Origin: a virus
Strand: one strand, 5' to 3'
Length of the DNA stretch: 64,000 nt
IMG/VR virus record: IMGVR_UViG_3300020056_000007
Part shown: positions 18,475-27,920 of the stretch, in pieces
How positions within the stretch are numbered: the first letter of the stretch is position 1
How the letters are laid out: the number at the start of each line of letters is the position of its first letter
The notes under the pieces: generated by a model
The model's database searches: none
What the model was told of the DNA's origin: nothing
What the model saw: only the letters and a program-made list of their open reading frames with translations
Made by a program: the position numbers and the translations under genes

Positions 18475-19185
18475 ATGGCAAATGTTAAAGAAATTTCAAA
18501 AGGATTGGCCGGCCGCTATATTAAAAAAGCAAATATTAGCACAGCCGATGCTGCGGATAAAGTAGCACGTTCAGCTAATGAATACGATCCCAATGAAAGA
18601 AAAAGAAGACAAAAGCAAGGTATTAAAACGTTTATAAAACGTAAACACGGAATTGATAAAGCTGTAGATAAACTTACTGGTAAAGCAAAAGTACCAGCAA
18701 AAGAATCGTTTATAATTCCTGAAACAATTAAGGCAAATGAACGTACAGCTTTTCATGGTGCGGCAGCAGCAGCACATAAAGCAGGTAAAACTTCTTTTAC
18801 CTTTAATGGTAAAAAACATCCGGTAACTATGAAAAAAGATACCGCAAATGCAATTAAAACAGAGAGTGTAAAGATGTCTATTAGAGAAAAATTGATGTCT
18901 ATCTGGGAAGGGGATAAACATACTAAAGGAGCAATGCCTTCCGAACCGCACGGCACATATGATTCACCGGGTGGTAAAAAAATGAAAAAAGATATGAAAG
19001 CGGATGGTAATCCTGAAACCGGCATTAATGGTAAAGATGTAGAACAGCTTGGACATGATGATGCATCTAAAGCTGGACGCGCTGGACCAAACGCGACAAA
19101 AAGACCAAATGATGGCAAGATTGGTGATAAACAAATCATCAATCGAGTTGCAGCAGCTTATAAGGAGATGAAGAATGGCAATTAG
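18475..19185 (+). CDS. hypothetical basic protein (probable internal protein)
   Basis: Shares E(I/L)S...Y.KKA module with 16402 ORF. Confidence 0.7.
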   Translation: MANVKEISKGLAGRYIKKANISTADAADKVARSANEYDPNERKRRQKQGIKTFIKRKHGIDKAVDKLTGKAKVPAKESFIIPETIKANERTAFHGAAAAAHKAGKTSFTFNGKKHPVTMKKDTANAIKTESVKMSIREKLMSIWEGDKHTKGAMPSEPHGTYDSPGGKKMKKDMKADGNPETGINGKDVEQLGHDDASKAGRAGPNATKRPNDGKIGDKQIINRVAAAYKEMKNGN

Positions 19186-19561
19186 TCCTCCTAATTATCA
19201 AAAAGATGCCATTCCAACGCCTCAAGGTTGGAGACATCCACGAACAAATGAACTACTTATTGCACGTAAAATTAGTCAAGGTGAAATTGATGAATACTTA
19301 GGTGTTACACCTGAGCCACTTGAAGAATATGAATTTGATGTAGTTGTAGACGATGCTCCAGAAGTAGTAACATTGTCTGATAATGCGCATGAAGAAGATC
19401 CGAATTGGCATGATGGTTGCCATGAAGCAGATCCAACTTTATATGAAAATATGTCTAAGACAGAATTAGAAGAAATTGGAAGAGAGCATGGAATTGAGCT
19501 TGATCGCAGAGAAAGAAAATCAACATTGATTGAAAAATTGAGAGCAGTAACCGGCGTATAA
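19175..19561 (+). CDS. acidic protein with Rho-N/HeH-like C-terminal domain
   Basis: MSKTELEEIGREHGIELDRRERKSTLIEKL. Confidence 0.65.
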   Translation: MAISPPNYQKDAIPTPQGWRHPRTNELLIARKISQGEIDEYLGVTPEPLEEYEFDVVVDDAPEVVTLSDNAHEEDPNWHDGCHEADPTLYENMSKTELEEIGREHGIELDRRERKSTLIEKLRAVTGV

Positions 19562-19578
19562 TAGCCATAAATAATATT

Positions 19579-19947
19579 ATGCTAGTTTTTGATCAATTAA
19601 CAGAAGATAATCTTTTTCTATACGCGGCTAAACATTATCGGAATCCTGCGTTTTCTGATATAGATGAGTTTTATGAAGATTTAAAAAGATACAAGTATAT
19701 TAAAAGACTTGTAAATCGGTATTTAGATACAGGGCAATTATCTGAAAGACTTATATTAAATCATATTATCGTAATTTTTAACTCATTTGGAATAGAGGCA
19801 GGTTTAGAAATATTAAAATTAAAACTAAACGAAAAGCACTGGCCGGTTATTAAACCGTTTTTAATATTTTTAAAATATATAAAGAATAATGAATTATTGG
19901 GTATAGAACAAGATAAAATTGTAATAGAAGCATTAAGGAAAATCTAA
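19579..19947 (+). CDS. conserved T4-like hypothetical protein
   Basis: LYAAKHY..P...EFYEDLKRYKYIKRL...ERLILNHII; CATAAATA upstream. Confidence 0.8.
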   Translation: MLVFDQLTEDNLFLYAAKHYRNPAFSDIDEFYEDLKRYKYIKRLVNRYLDTGQLSERLILNHIIVIFNSFGIEAGLEILKLKLNEKHWPVIKPFLIFLKYIKNNELLGIEQDKIVIEALRKI

Positions 19948-20534
19948 TGGGAATAGTGAAATCAGCTGCAGACTTAACATATGCATTTAGATTTGTAAGA
20001 ATGCTAGTTATGAAATGGGAAAATTGGGATGCATATAAAGAAGGTATCATTGATCAAGATGGTAAACGCATTAAAAACGTTAGACTTGACACTCCCGAAA
20101 AAATTGCTAGCTATACTCCTTTCATTCGCTTGTGCGCTAACATTAAAAGGCTCTTATCAAAAATCCCAGGAGGAGGCACCAAACTTGGATCTTTTGCGGC
20201 CGCGCTCTATCTCCTTAAAGAAAAACATGGAATTGCAGAAAAAAAGTTAGAATCTATTTTAATAGAACACCAAATTGATATTACAGATTTTTTAAAAGAA
20301 AACACAGAATGGTTTGTACTAGAAGATAAACAATTATCTCCAGGTGTTTATAGAATTAATAATCATAAAATTTTAAATTCTACATTTGAAGAAATGGTAA
20401 ATCCTTATGATCAAATAAGGGTTAAAGAAGATTGTTATCCAGTTGGATCGTTATTTGGAATTGACATATATGAAGCAATACATGTAAATACTAATCAGCC
20501 CGTGTATGTGTGCCCTACGGAAATATTCAAATGA
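19947..20534 (+). CDS. conserved T4-like hypothetical protein
   Basis: YAFRFVRML..W..WDAYKEGIID. Confidence 0.75.
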   Translation: MGIVKSAADLTYAFRFVRMLVMKWENWDAYKEGIIDQDGKRIKNVRLDTPEKIASYTPFIRLCANIKRLLSKIPGGGTKLGSFAAALYLLKEKHGIAEKKLESILIEHQIDITDFLKENTEWFVLEDKQLSPGVYRINNHKILNSTFEEMVNPYDQIRVKEDCYPVGSLFGIDIYEAIHVNTNQPVYVCPTEIFK

Positions 20535-20551
20535 GTTAAAATTTTTTTATT

Positions 20552-21157
20552 ATGAAAATATATGAAGAAATTGCAAAAGTAAATTCAAATAAAATTAAAA
20601 AACGCATATTTGTATTAAATCATTTTTATGGTATGCCAGGATTAGAAGATGGATTAACGCGAAAATCTAGATATGTAAATTTGCTTAAATTACTTGGTAA
20701 TTTTGATGAAATTAGCTTTAAAAAAATGCAATCAATAAGCAATAGTTTAATTTTATATAATCAAGATTGGGATAAAGAATTTTTAGAAATATTACATATT
20801 GCTAAAACACATGGTTGGGATACGCAATATATTGATGAAAAATATGGTAATTGTACTTTACCACAAATATTAGAAGATTTTAAAATTAATTGTAATCCAG
20901 ATGAAACACATATTATTTTAGGTGGAACAAATCTTTCTGGGTGTGTAATGTTTAATTCAAATCTTTCTTTATTTAGTTGGATTAAATTAAACTATAATGT
21001 TACTGTAGAATTATCATTATGTAGTGAATATCAACACGCTGATGTCACACAAGCATTAAAAAACAATTTTGCTTTTAGCGAATTATATAATTTTATAAAA
21101 GCAAATAATTTTTGGAATAAAGTTGATGTCGGACACGATATAAATAAATGGAGATAA
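20552..21157 (+). CDS. hypothetical protein
   Basis: 201-aa ORF, very AT-rich. Confidence 0.6.
   Translation: MKIYEEIAKVNSNKIKKRIFVLNHFYGMPGLEDGLTRKSRYVNLLKLLGNFDEISFKKMQSISNSLILYNQDWDKEFLEILHIAKTHGWDTQYIDEKYGNCTLPQILEDFKINCNPDETHIILGGTNLSGCVMFNSNLSLFSWIKLNYNVTVELSLCSEYQHADVTQALKNNFAFSELYNFIKANNFWNKVDVGHDINKWR
21139..21146 (+). promoter_or_regulatory. late promoter TATAAATA
   Basis: Consensus upstream of 21171. Confidence 0.7.
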
Positions 21158-21170
21158 GAAGGATACTAAA

Positions 21171-21458
21171 ATGAAACAGGGGCTTTGGGCTAACATTTGG
21201 GCTAAACGTCGTAGAGGCGAACGTATGAGAAAAAAAGGTGAAAAGGGTGCACCTACACCAAAAGCTATTCGTCAAGCTCAAGGCAAAGAATCTGTTGAAG
21301 AAGATGCACCCACTATGAATACTGGAGCTATTCCAGATCCTAAAGCTACAGCAATGGGACCTCGATATAAAACACAAACGGTGACTGATCGTCGTCGTAA
21401 AAAAGACATGGTCTTATTAAAAAGATTTAGGAGATATATGGAAGATGAACACAGGTAA
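21171..21458 (+). CDS. small basic phage protein
   Basis: GLWANIWAKRRRGERMRKKGEKGAPT motif. Confidence 0.7.
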   Translation: MKQGLWANIWAKRRRGERMRKKGEKGAPTPKAIRQAQGKESVEEDAPTMNTGAIPDPKATAMGPRYKTQTVTDRRRKKDMVLLKRFRRYMEDEHR

Positions 21459-21762
21459 AACACGATATGAAATTACACATAATATTGCGGGGTTAATATT
21501 TTTAATTGTAGGTACCGCCTGGTGGTTGATACCAATGATATTAGTACATATGGGAACACACCACGAAATGCCAGATGGAACACTTATGTCAGGTCATATG
21601 CATCATGGAGAAATGCCAGAAATAAATCATAATGATCATGGTCCAACATTTTTAGGTCTTACTGAAATGACATGGATGTGGTATGTTATGGCAGTGGTTC
21701 ATTTCCTTATTCATGATTGTATGAAATTATGTACAGGTTGTAAAAAGAAATTAAATGATTAG
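21445..21762 (+). CDS. His/Met-rich two-TM membrane protein
   Basis: HHEMPDGTLMSGHMHHGEM loop between TMs. Confidence 0.65.
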   Translation: MNTGKTRYEITHNIAGLIFLIVGTAWWLIPMILVHMGTHHEMPDGTLMSGHMHHGEMPEINHNDHGPTFLGLTEMTWMWYVMAVVHFLIHDCMKLCTGCKKKLND

Positions 21763-22132
21763 AATTTATATTGCATTAGGTATTTTGTTATTTATGGGCT
21801 CTGCTGCATACGGAGCTTACTATTATTATACTGATACTCAAGAGAGATTAGCAGTATTACATGAAAATAACGCGAAGCTTGAGACTGCAGCAAAAGCAAA
21901 AGATGCAATGATTGATGCATTAGAGGCAACTCAAGAAGAATTAGAAGCAATTAATAGTCAATTAGCTTTAGACTTACAATCAGCAACTGATTATACTGAT
22001 GAGCTAAGAAAGAAATTGCAAGAACACGATCTCACAAGGTTAAGTTTAAAAAAACCTGGAATGATTGAAAAGAGAGTAAATGATGGTACAAAAGATATTA
22101 TTAGTGAGCTTGAGTCTATTACTTCTCAGTAG
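21755..22132 (+). CDS. i-spanin (Rz-like)
   Basis: N-terminal TM followed by coiled coil. Confidence 0.75.
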   Translation: MIRIYIALGILLFMGSAAYGAYYYYTDTQERLAVLHENNAKLETAAKAKDAMIDALEATQEELEAINSQLALDLQSATDYTDELRKKLQEHDLTRLSLKKPGMIEKRVNDGTKDIISELESITSQ

Positions 22133-22466
22133 TTGTACAAAAGTTCCCGAACCGACAATTGTTACGGTTCCAGAAATTATAGAAAAAGATATTCCAATTG
22201 TCGAAAGACCAAAAGGATTAAGCTTAACTTCACCATATTTTCATGTAGTAACAAGTGAAAACTTGGATGAATTTATTGAAAAGTTTAAAAAGTCAAATGG
22301 CAGTGAATTAGTATTTTATGCTATATCTGTTCGTGACTATGAAAACTTATCATTAAACTTAGCAGAGTTAAGAAGATATATTGAACAACAACAGGCTATT
22401 ATAGTCTATTATGAAACAGCAATTGATGGAGATGATGATGTCATTCAAAACAGCACAGATAATTAA
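22080..22466 (+). CDS. o-spanin (Rz1-like lipoprotein)
   Basis: Lipobox LLSSC; overlaps i-spanin 3' end. Confidence 0.75.
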   Translation: MMVQKILLVSLSLLLLSSCTKVPEPTIVTVPEIIEKDIPIVERPKGLSLTSPYFHVVTSENLDEFIEKFKKSNGSELVFYAISVRDYENLSLNLAELRRYIEQQQAIIVYYETAIDGDDDVIQNSTDN

Positions 22467-22650
22467 AGAAGGCCTTGTAAAACATTACGAAGGTGTTATT
22501 GCATTAGCAGAAGCTAATGTGAAAATTTATATGGAACAAAGTGTAGGTATTGGTGAGCATGCCGATATTTTAGAAGCGGTTGACGGTGAGCTAGAAAAGA
22601 TTGCTTCTGCTCAAGATAAAATTGATATGTTAGAAAAATATTTTGCATAA
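22411..22650 (+). CDS. small conserved hypothetical protein (true start probably slightly downstream)
   Basis: SVGIGEHADILEAVD motif. Confidence 0.7.
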   Translation: MKQQLMEMMMSFKTAQIIKEGLVKHYEGVIALAEANVKIYMEQSVGIGEHADILEAVDGELEKIASAQDKIDMLEKYFA

Positions 22651-22666
22651 ACGTCATATATTAGGG

Positions 22667-22695
22667 TTTACAAAAACCGAAAACTAATATATAAT
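22667..22695 (+). promoter_or_regulatory. sigma70-like promoter of RNR
   Basis: TTTACA-17-TATAAT. Confidence 0.75.
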
Positions 22696-22735
22696 ACTAC
22701 AATCAAAGAAATTACATATTTAAAGAGGTATTACG

Positions 22736-24952
22736 ATGGCAACACCAAACGTTGACACTAGGAGATTTTTGTCCGAAACGAAGTTTTATGATAGTTATTC
22801 ACGATTTATAGATGATGAAGAAAGATATGAAACTTGGAATGAAGCAGTCGATAGAGTTATCGAAATGCATTCCAATTATTATGAAAGTCAACACAATAAT
22901 TTGGTGCCATATTTAGAAGAAGCTAGACAAGCATATAAAGAACAACGAGTACTAGCTGCTCAACGATCATTGCAATTTGGTGGAGAACAATTATTAAAAC
23001 ACCAAATGAGAATGTATAATTGTACATCTTCATATGCTGATCGACCTGCATTTTTTGGTGAAGTATTTTATATTCTTTTATGTGGTGCTGGAGCAGGGTT
23101 TTCTGTTCAAAAACACCATATCAAAAAACTTCCTAAAGTTCAATCCCGGTATAAACAAGCAAAAGGTTATATTGTAGATGATTCAATCGAAGGTTGGGCT
23201 AATGCAGTTGATATTCTTTTAAGCTCATATTTTGTTGGAGGTGGTAAACACCCAGATTATGAAGGTCGTAGAGTTTTCTTTGATTTAAGCCAAATTAGAC
23301 CAAAAGGTGCTAAAATTTCTGGTGGTTTTAAAGCACCAGGACCAGAAGGTTTACGTAGAGCTTTAGATAAAATTGAACATTTAATTCAAAGTTTAGTAAT
23401 GGATGTAAAAGAACCAATTAATTTGCGTCCTATTGATGTATATGATATTGTTATGCATACAGCTGATGCTGTATTATCTGGTGGTGTTCGCCGTTCAGCC
23501 ACTATTTGTTTGTTCTCACCAGATGATGAAGAAATGATGAATGCAAAAACTGGTAATTGGTTTATGGAAAATCCACAACGTGGAAGATCTAATAATTCAG
23601 CAGTAATTGTAAGAGATAAAACCACACCTGAACAATTTGGAAAAATTATGGAGTCTGTAAAACAATTCGGTGAACCCGGTTTTGTTTTTGTTGAATCAAC
23701 TGAACATACAACCAATCCTTGTGTTGAAATTGGTATGTTCCCACAAATTAAAGGTAAATCTGGTTGGCAAGGTTGTAATCTTACTGAAATCAATGGTGGT
23801 TTATGTAATACTGAAGAAGATTTTTATAAAGCATGTAGAGCTGCTGCTATTCTTGGTACATTACAAGCCGGATATACGGATTTTAAATTTTTAGACAAAT
23901 CATCTAAAGAAATTTTTGATCGTGAAGCTTTATTAGGTGTATCTATTACCGGGTGGATGAATAATCCAGAAATTCTCTTTAATTCTCAAATTTTAGAAAA
24001 AGGAGCCGAAATTGTCAAAAAAATCAATAAAGAAGTTGCAAAAATTATCGGAATCAATCCAGCGGCTAGAACAACATGTGTCAAACCAAGCGGCAATGCT
24101 TCGGTCCTTTTACAAACGGCTAGTGGTATTCATGCTGAGCATTCTAGCATGTATATTAGGAACGTTCAAATGAATAAAGAGTCTGAAATTACTCAGGCTA
24201 TTCAAAAATCAAATCCATATATGGTTGAAGAAAGTGTATGGTCTGCAGGTGGAACTGATGTCGTAGTGTCGTTTCCTATTATTCCACATAAAGGATCATA
24301 TTTCAAAGATCAACTTCTTGGTGTAGAGCATTTAAAATTAGTTCAAAAAGCTCAAAAGCACTGGGTTATTGCTGGAACTGAAGAAAAATTATGTGCAGAT
24401 AAAGGTATACGGCATAATGTATCAAATACTATTATTGTAGATGATTGGGATGAAGTAGAGAAATTTGTATTTGAAAATAGATATTCATTTGCAGGTATTT
24501 CATTCTTACCTATGTCTGGTGATAAAGACTTTAATCAAGCGCCTAATACTGCAGTGATTACAGCAAAAGAAATGGTAAAGAAATATAATACTGCAGCCAT
24601 TTTTGCTTCAGGCATGGTAGTTGATGCTCTTAAAGTATTTCCTAATTTATGGGATGCTTGTGCCACAGCTCAAGGTATGGGTCTTGATATATCTTTAGAA
24701 TCTTCTGAAAATTCATCAAGAGCAGATTGGGTTAGAAGATTTGAAAATTTCTCTCAAAACTATTGTGATGGCGATATAAAAAAGGCAGAACATTGTTTAA
24801 AAGATTCATATCTTTTACATAAATGGAATAAAATTCAAACAAATCTTCAAGAAATAAATTGGGAATCTGATTTAATTGAAAAGAAATATACTGATGTTGA
24901 TACTCTTGGAGCCGCAGCTTGTGCTGGCGGAGCATGTGAGATTGACTTTTAA
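22736..24952 (+). CDS. nrdJ: class II (adenosylcobalamin) ribonucleotide reductase, monomeric RTPR-like
   Basis: YNCT, GGVRRSA, TNPCVEI, CNLTEIN, TCVKPSG, C-terminal CAGGACEIDF; no nrdB adjacent. Confidence 0.88.
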   Translation: MATPNVDTRRFLSETKFYDSYSRFIDDEERYETWNEAVDRVIEMHSNYYESQHNNLVPYLEEARQAYKEQRVLAAQRSLQFGGEQLLKHQMRMYNCTSSYADRPAFFGEVFYILLCGAGAGFSVQKHHIKKLPKVQSRYKQAKGYIVDDSIEGWANAVDILLSSYFVGGGKHPDYEGRRVFFDLSQIRPKGAKISGGFKAPGPEGLRRALDKIEHLIQSLVMDVKEPINLRPIDVYDIVMHTADAVLSGGVRRSATICLFSPDDEEMMNAKTGNWFMENPQRGRSNNSAVIVRDKTTPEQFGKIMESVKQFGEPGFVFVESTEHTTNPCVEIGMFPQIKGKSGWQGCNLTEINGGLCNTEEDFYKACRAAAILGTLQAGYTDFKFLDKSSKEIFDREALLGVSITGWMNNPEILFNSQILEKGAEIVKKINKEVAKIIGINPAARTTCVKPSGNASVLLQTASGIHAEHSSMYIRNVQMNKESEITQAIQKSNPYMVEESVWSAGGTDVVVSFPIIPHKGSYFKDQLLGVEHLKLVQKAQKHWVIAGTEEKLCADKGIRHNVSNTIIVDDWDEVEKFVFENRYSFAGISFLPMSGDKDFNQAPNTAVITAKEMVKKYNTAAIFASGMVVDALKVFPNLWDACATAQGMGLDISLESSENSSRADWVRRFENFSQNYCDGDIKKAEHCLKDSYLLHKWNKIQTNLQEINWESDLIEKKYTDVDTLGAAACAGGACEIDF

Positions 24953-25107
24953 TGGAAGATTATATTATTGAATGTGAGGAATGCGAAGAAACCTCATACG
25001 CTGCATCATATAAAAAACCAAATTTCTGTCCGATATGCGGTCGTCGGGCAGAAGTAGAAAAAAGATCGATAGACGTAGATTCATGGGATTATGAAGATGG
25101 AGATTAA
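24952..25107 (+). CDS. 51-aa Zn-ribbon protein
   Basis: CEEC...CPICG; translated by hand, coupled to nrdJ stop. Confidence 0.7.
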   Translation: MEDYIIECEECEETSYAASYKKPNFCPICGRRAEVEKRSIDVDSWDYEDGD

Positions 25108-25321
25108 TTCAATTAATATAATAAATCAAACTATGCTTGAAGGGGCTAGTCGTAATATGCCTATGAATATTCCTAACGAACAACAGTCACTAAAAGGTGT
25201 CAGTAAAAACATGCCTTTTAATTATGATCCAACACGAGAGACCTATTATAATTATAATTCTAAAGGTGAAAGAGTAATGATTCGTCAAGTAGGTCATATG
25301 GTTGATATTACGGTACTATAA
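25091..25321 (+). CDS. hypothetical protein
   Basis: ORF in series. Confidence 0.55.
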   Translation: MKMEINSINIINQTMLEGASRNMPMNIPNEQQSLKGVSKNMPFNYDPTRETYYNYNSKGERVMIRQVGHMVDITVL

Positions 25322-25324
25322 ATA
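25317..25324 (+). promoter_or_regulatory. late promoter TATAAATA
   Basis: Consensus 5 nt before ATG 25330. Confidence 0.65.
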
Positions 25325-25329
25325 AATGT

Positions 25330-25749
25330 ATGTGGTATTATGAACAAAAAGAATTCACCGAAACTCCAACTGACTTTGCCGGGTTTGTCTACCTCATTAC
25401 GGACACATTTAACGGACGCAAGTACGTCGGAAAGAAATTATTCACTCGATCTAAAATCCTACCTAAAAATTCGAAACGAGCACGCAGATCCAGACAAACC
25501 GTCGACTCTGACTGGAGAACGTATTGTGGATCTTCTAAACAAGTCCAAGAACTCGTCGAAGAACACGGATTAGATCGGTTTAAAAGAGAAATACTTCGTC
25601 TATGTAAAACTAAAGGCGAGATGTCATATTACGAAGCAAAAGAACAATTTGATCGTGACGTATTATTTAGTGATGAATATTACAATGAATTCATAGGTTG
25701 TAAAATTCATGCAAAACATGTACGTAACTCCGTGCCGACAAGTTTGTAG
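25330..25749 (+). CDS. GIY-YIG family endonuclease-like
   Basis: GFVYLIT...KYVGKK, WRTYCGSS, YYN. Confidence 0.8.
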   Translation: MWYYEQKEFTETPTDFAGFVYLITDTFNGRKYVGKKLFTRSKILPKNSKRARRSRQTVDSDWRTYCGSSKQVQELVEEHGLDRFKREILRLCKTKGEMSYYEAKEQFDRDVLFSDEYYNEFIGCKIHAKHVRNSVPTSL

Positions 25750-25915
25750 ATTAAATAAGAACGATATATGTGTTGGATGCGGTAGGACAAAAAAAGAAAT
25801 AACGGAATGGCCAAAGTACCATTATTATCAACGTATGAAAATTATGGAAAGGTTAGGCTATGGTAACAGACGAGGTAGATCTTACCGTATACGTAATGAT
25901 GTTAAAAGCTCATGA
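25709..25915 (+). CDS. DUF1289-like Cys-rich protein
   Basis: TPCRQVC...CVGCGRTKKEITEW. Confidence 0.75.
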   Translation: MQNMYVTPCRQVCRLNKNDICVGCGRTKKEITEWPKYHYYQRMKIMERLGYGNRRGRSYRIRNDVKSS

Positions 25916-26156
25916 GTCTCAGCGGGCAAGCTTTAATCAAAGAATGGAATTTTGGAATAAATATCCAGAATTAAAAAATGCTTGTAAATTATTTTGGACT
26001 GTAAAAGGACATTTACCTGCAGAAGATACAATTTTAGCTTCTGCAAATGGTTATTTCAAAAGACTTTGGCATGATGAAGAGGCATATATTCATGAAGAAG
26101 GGTGGGAAGAAGCTTTTTTTCAATTTATTGAAAAAAACTATGTACATTCCGATTAA
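25860..26156 (+). CDS. hypothetical protein
   Basis: ORF in series. Confidence 0.55.
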   Translation: MVTDEVDLTVYVMMLKAHESQRASFNQRMEFWNKYPELKNACKLFWTVKGHLPAEDTILASANGYFKRLWHDEEAYIHEEGWEEAFFQFIEKNYVHSD

Positions 26157-26169
26157 ACTGTGGTAGAAT
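26141..26169 (+). promoter_or_regulatory. T4-type early promoter
   Basis: TGTACA-17-(TGTGG)TAGAAT. Confidence 0.8.
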
Positions 26170-26194
26170 ATATTATATAATGAAGGAGAAAAAT

Positions 26195-26407
26195 ATGTAC
26201 ACAATCACCACAGATTTACCTTATACAACATCTAAATCTGATATCGAACTATTCGCTAAAACCCACGGTTGCACCATTTCAAATTTTACATTTAATGGAC
26301 CAGCCGGTGGAAACCATTTAGTTACATTCCAATCTAATAATTATGACCATATTCAGGAATTAACTGAACAACTCTCATTACCACTTGAAAGAATTACGGA
26401 AATTTAA
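26195..26407 (+). CDS. early hypothetical protein
   Basis: AGGAG SD; GPAGGN motif. Confidence 0.7.
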   Translation: MYTITTDLPYTTSKSDIELFAKTHGCTISNFTFNGPAGGNHLVTFQSNNYDHIQELTEQLSLPLERITEI

Positions 26408-26409
26408 TT

Positions 26410-27249
26410 ATGATTATTATGGATTTTAATGGAATTGCCTTTGGCTCTATAATGGCTAATGGTAAAAATGAAGAACCAATGATTCGTCATATGGTATTCA
26501 ATACTATTCGAATGTATAAGACTAAATTTGAAAAAGAATACGGCGATGTTGTAATTGCTTGTGATGGAGCTAACAATTGGCGTAGAGGTGCATACCCTCA
26601 ATATAAAGCCAACCGTAGAAAAAATCGTGAAGCATCAACTCACGATTGGGATGAATCATTCCGCATCTTAAACGATTTACGCACAGACCTTATGGAAAAC
26701 TTTCCATATAAAGTTATTCATATTGAAGGTTGTGAAGCCGATGACATCATCGGTTGCTTAGTAGAAAGATCTCAAGATTTTGGCAATATGGAAGACATTA
26801 TGATTGTCTCTGCCGATAAAGATTTTGTTCAGCTACAAACATACGGCAATGTCCGTCAATTTTCTCCTCTTACCAAAAAGTTTGTAGCTGAACAAAACCC
26901 ACATTTATATCGTCAAACCCACATCTTTAAAGGTGATGCTGGAGACGGTATACCCAATGTATTGAGTGGTGACAATACATTTGTAGAGGGTTTACGTCAA
27001 ACACCTATGTCTAAGAAAAAAATGACTATGTTAATTGATAACCCTCATTCGCTAGGTGATGAGGTTTATCGCAATATTCAACGTAATGAAAAATTAATTG
27101 ATTTGCGAAATACTCCTAATCATCTAAAACAAGAAATTATAAATAACTATGAAAGCCAAGATCCTTGGGAAAACAAAGGTAAAGTGTTCCCATATATGGT
27201 GAGTAAACAAATGAATATGTTGATTGAAAGTGTTGAGGAATTTTTATGA
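26410..27249 (+). CDS. rnh: T4-type RNase H / 5'-3' exonuclease
   Basis: YPQYKANR, EADDII, SADKDFVQL, GDAGDGIPN. Confidence 0.92.
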   Translation: MIIMDFNGIAFGSIMANGKNEEPMIRHMVFNTIRMYKTKFEKEYGDVVIACDGANNWRRGAYPQYKANRRKNREASTHDWDESFRILNDLRTDLMENFPYKVIHIEGCEADDIIGCLVERSQDFGNMEDIMIVSADKDFVQLQTYGNVRQFSPLTKKFVAEQNPHLYRQTHIFKGDAGDGIPNVLSGDNTFVEGLRQTPMSKKKMTMLIDNPHSLGDEVYRNIQRNEKLIDLRNTPNHLKQEIINNYESQDPWENKGKVFPYMVSKQMNMLIESVEEFL

Positions 27250-27668
27250 CATTATTAGTATATGAAGTTTTGGAAAAAGCTGGTAAAGCTAGAAAAAAGT
27301 CAGAAAAGATTGAAATTCTACAAAAGAATGCATCTTGGGCTTTAAAGGATATTTTACGCGGAACATTTGATGAAAGAATAAAGTGGAATCTTCCAACAGG
27401 TTCCCCGCCATATAGACCAAATGATGGCCACAATGCACCCGCCAATCTTCTCAGAGAAAATACAAAATTTAAATATTTCGTAAAAGGTGGTTTAGGCGAT
27501 AAAATGCTTAAACCTAAGCGCGAAAATATTTTTATTGGTTTGATAGAAGGCATCCATCCAGAAGATGCCAAATTGGTTATTGCTATGATTAACAAACAAA
27601 AGCCTTATGGTCTTACTAAAAAAATCGTTGATGAGGCATTTCCAGATTTAAAATTAGGAGGATCATGA
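27246..27668 (+). CDS. conserved T4-like hypothetical protein
   Basis: LPTGSPPY, RENIFIGLIEGIHPEDA. Confidence 0.75.
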   Translation: MTLLVYEVLEKAGKARKKSEKIEILQKNASWALKDILRGTFDERIKWNLPTGSPPYRPNDGHNAPANLLRENTKFKYFVKGGLGDKMLKPKRENIFIGLIEGIHPEDAKLVIAMINKQKPYGLTKKIVDEAFPDLKLGGS

Positions 27669-27689
27669 GCCAACAGGAGAAAAAAATAC

Positions 27690-27851
27690 ATGCAACAAGC
27701 TCTGCTCGAAAGACTAAAACAAGACGATTTAGAATTAGAAGTTTATGCTAAAAAGCTCGAAAAAAAAGGTAATTTTGATAGAATGAGGCTTATTTTAGAA
27801 AAACAACTTTATCTTAAAGATCGTATAGCAGAGGTATCTTTTTCCACGTAA
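27690..27851 (+). CDS. small hypothetical protein
   Basis: AGGAG SD; 53 aa, translated by hand. Confidence 0.55.
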   Translation: MQQALLERLKQDDLELEVYAKKLEKKGNFDRMRLILEKQLYLKDRIAEVSFST

Positions 27852-27864
27852 CTAAAAAAAGGAG

Positions 27865-27893
27865 TTTACAATTCCGGCTAACTGTGGTATAAT
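27865..27893 (+). promoter_or_regulatory. T4-type early promoter overlapped by inverted repeat
   Basis: TTTACA-17-(TGTGG)TATAAT. Confidence 0.8.
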
Positions 27894-27920
27894 ATATCAT
27901 GTTAGCCGGAGTTTTATATT

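Noticed and set aside
22736-24952. Intein or intron in RNR
   Set aside because: Continuous ORF of ordinary length without splice-junction motifs.
25330-25749. GIY-YIG gene as a mobile homing endonuclease/intron
   Set aside because: Short, no DNA-binding extension, interrupts no gene; looks like a resident T4-like gene.
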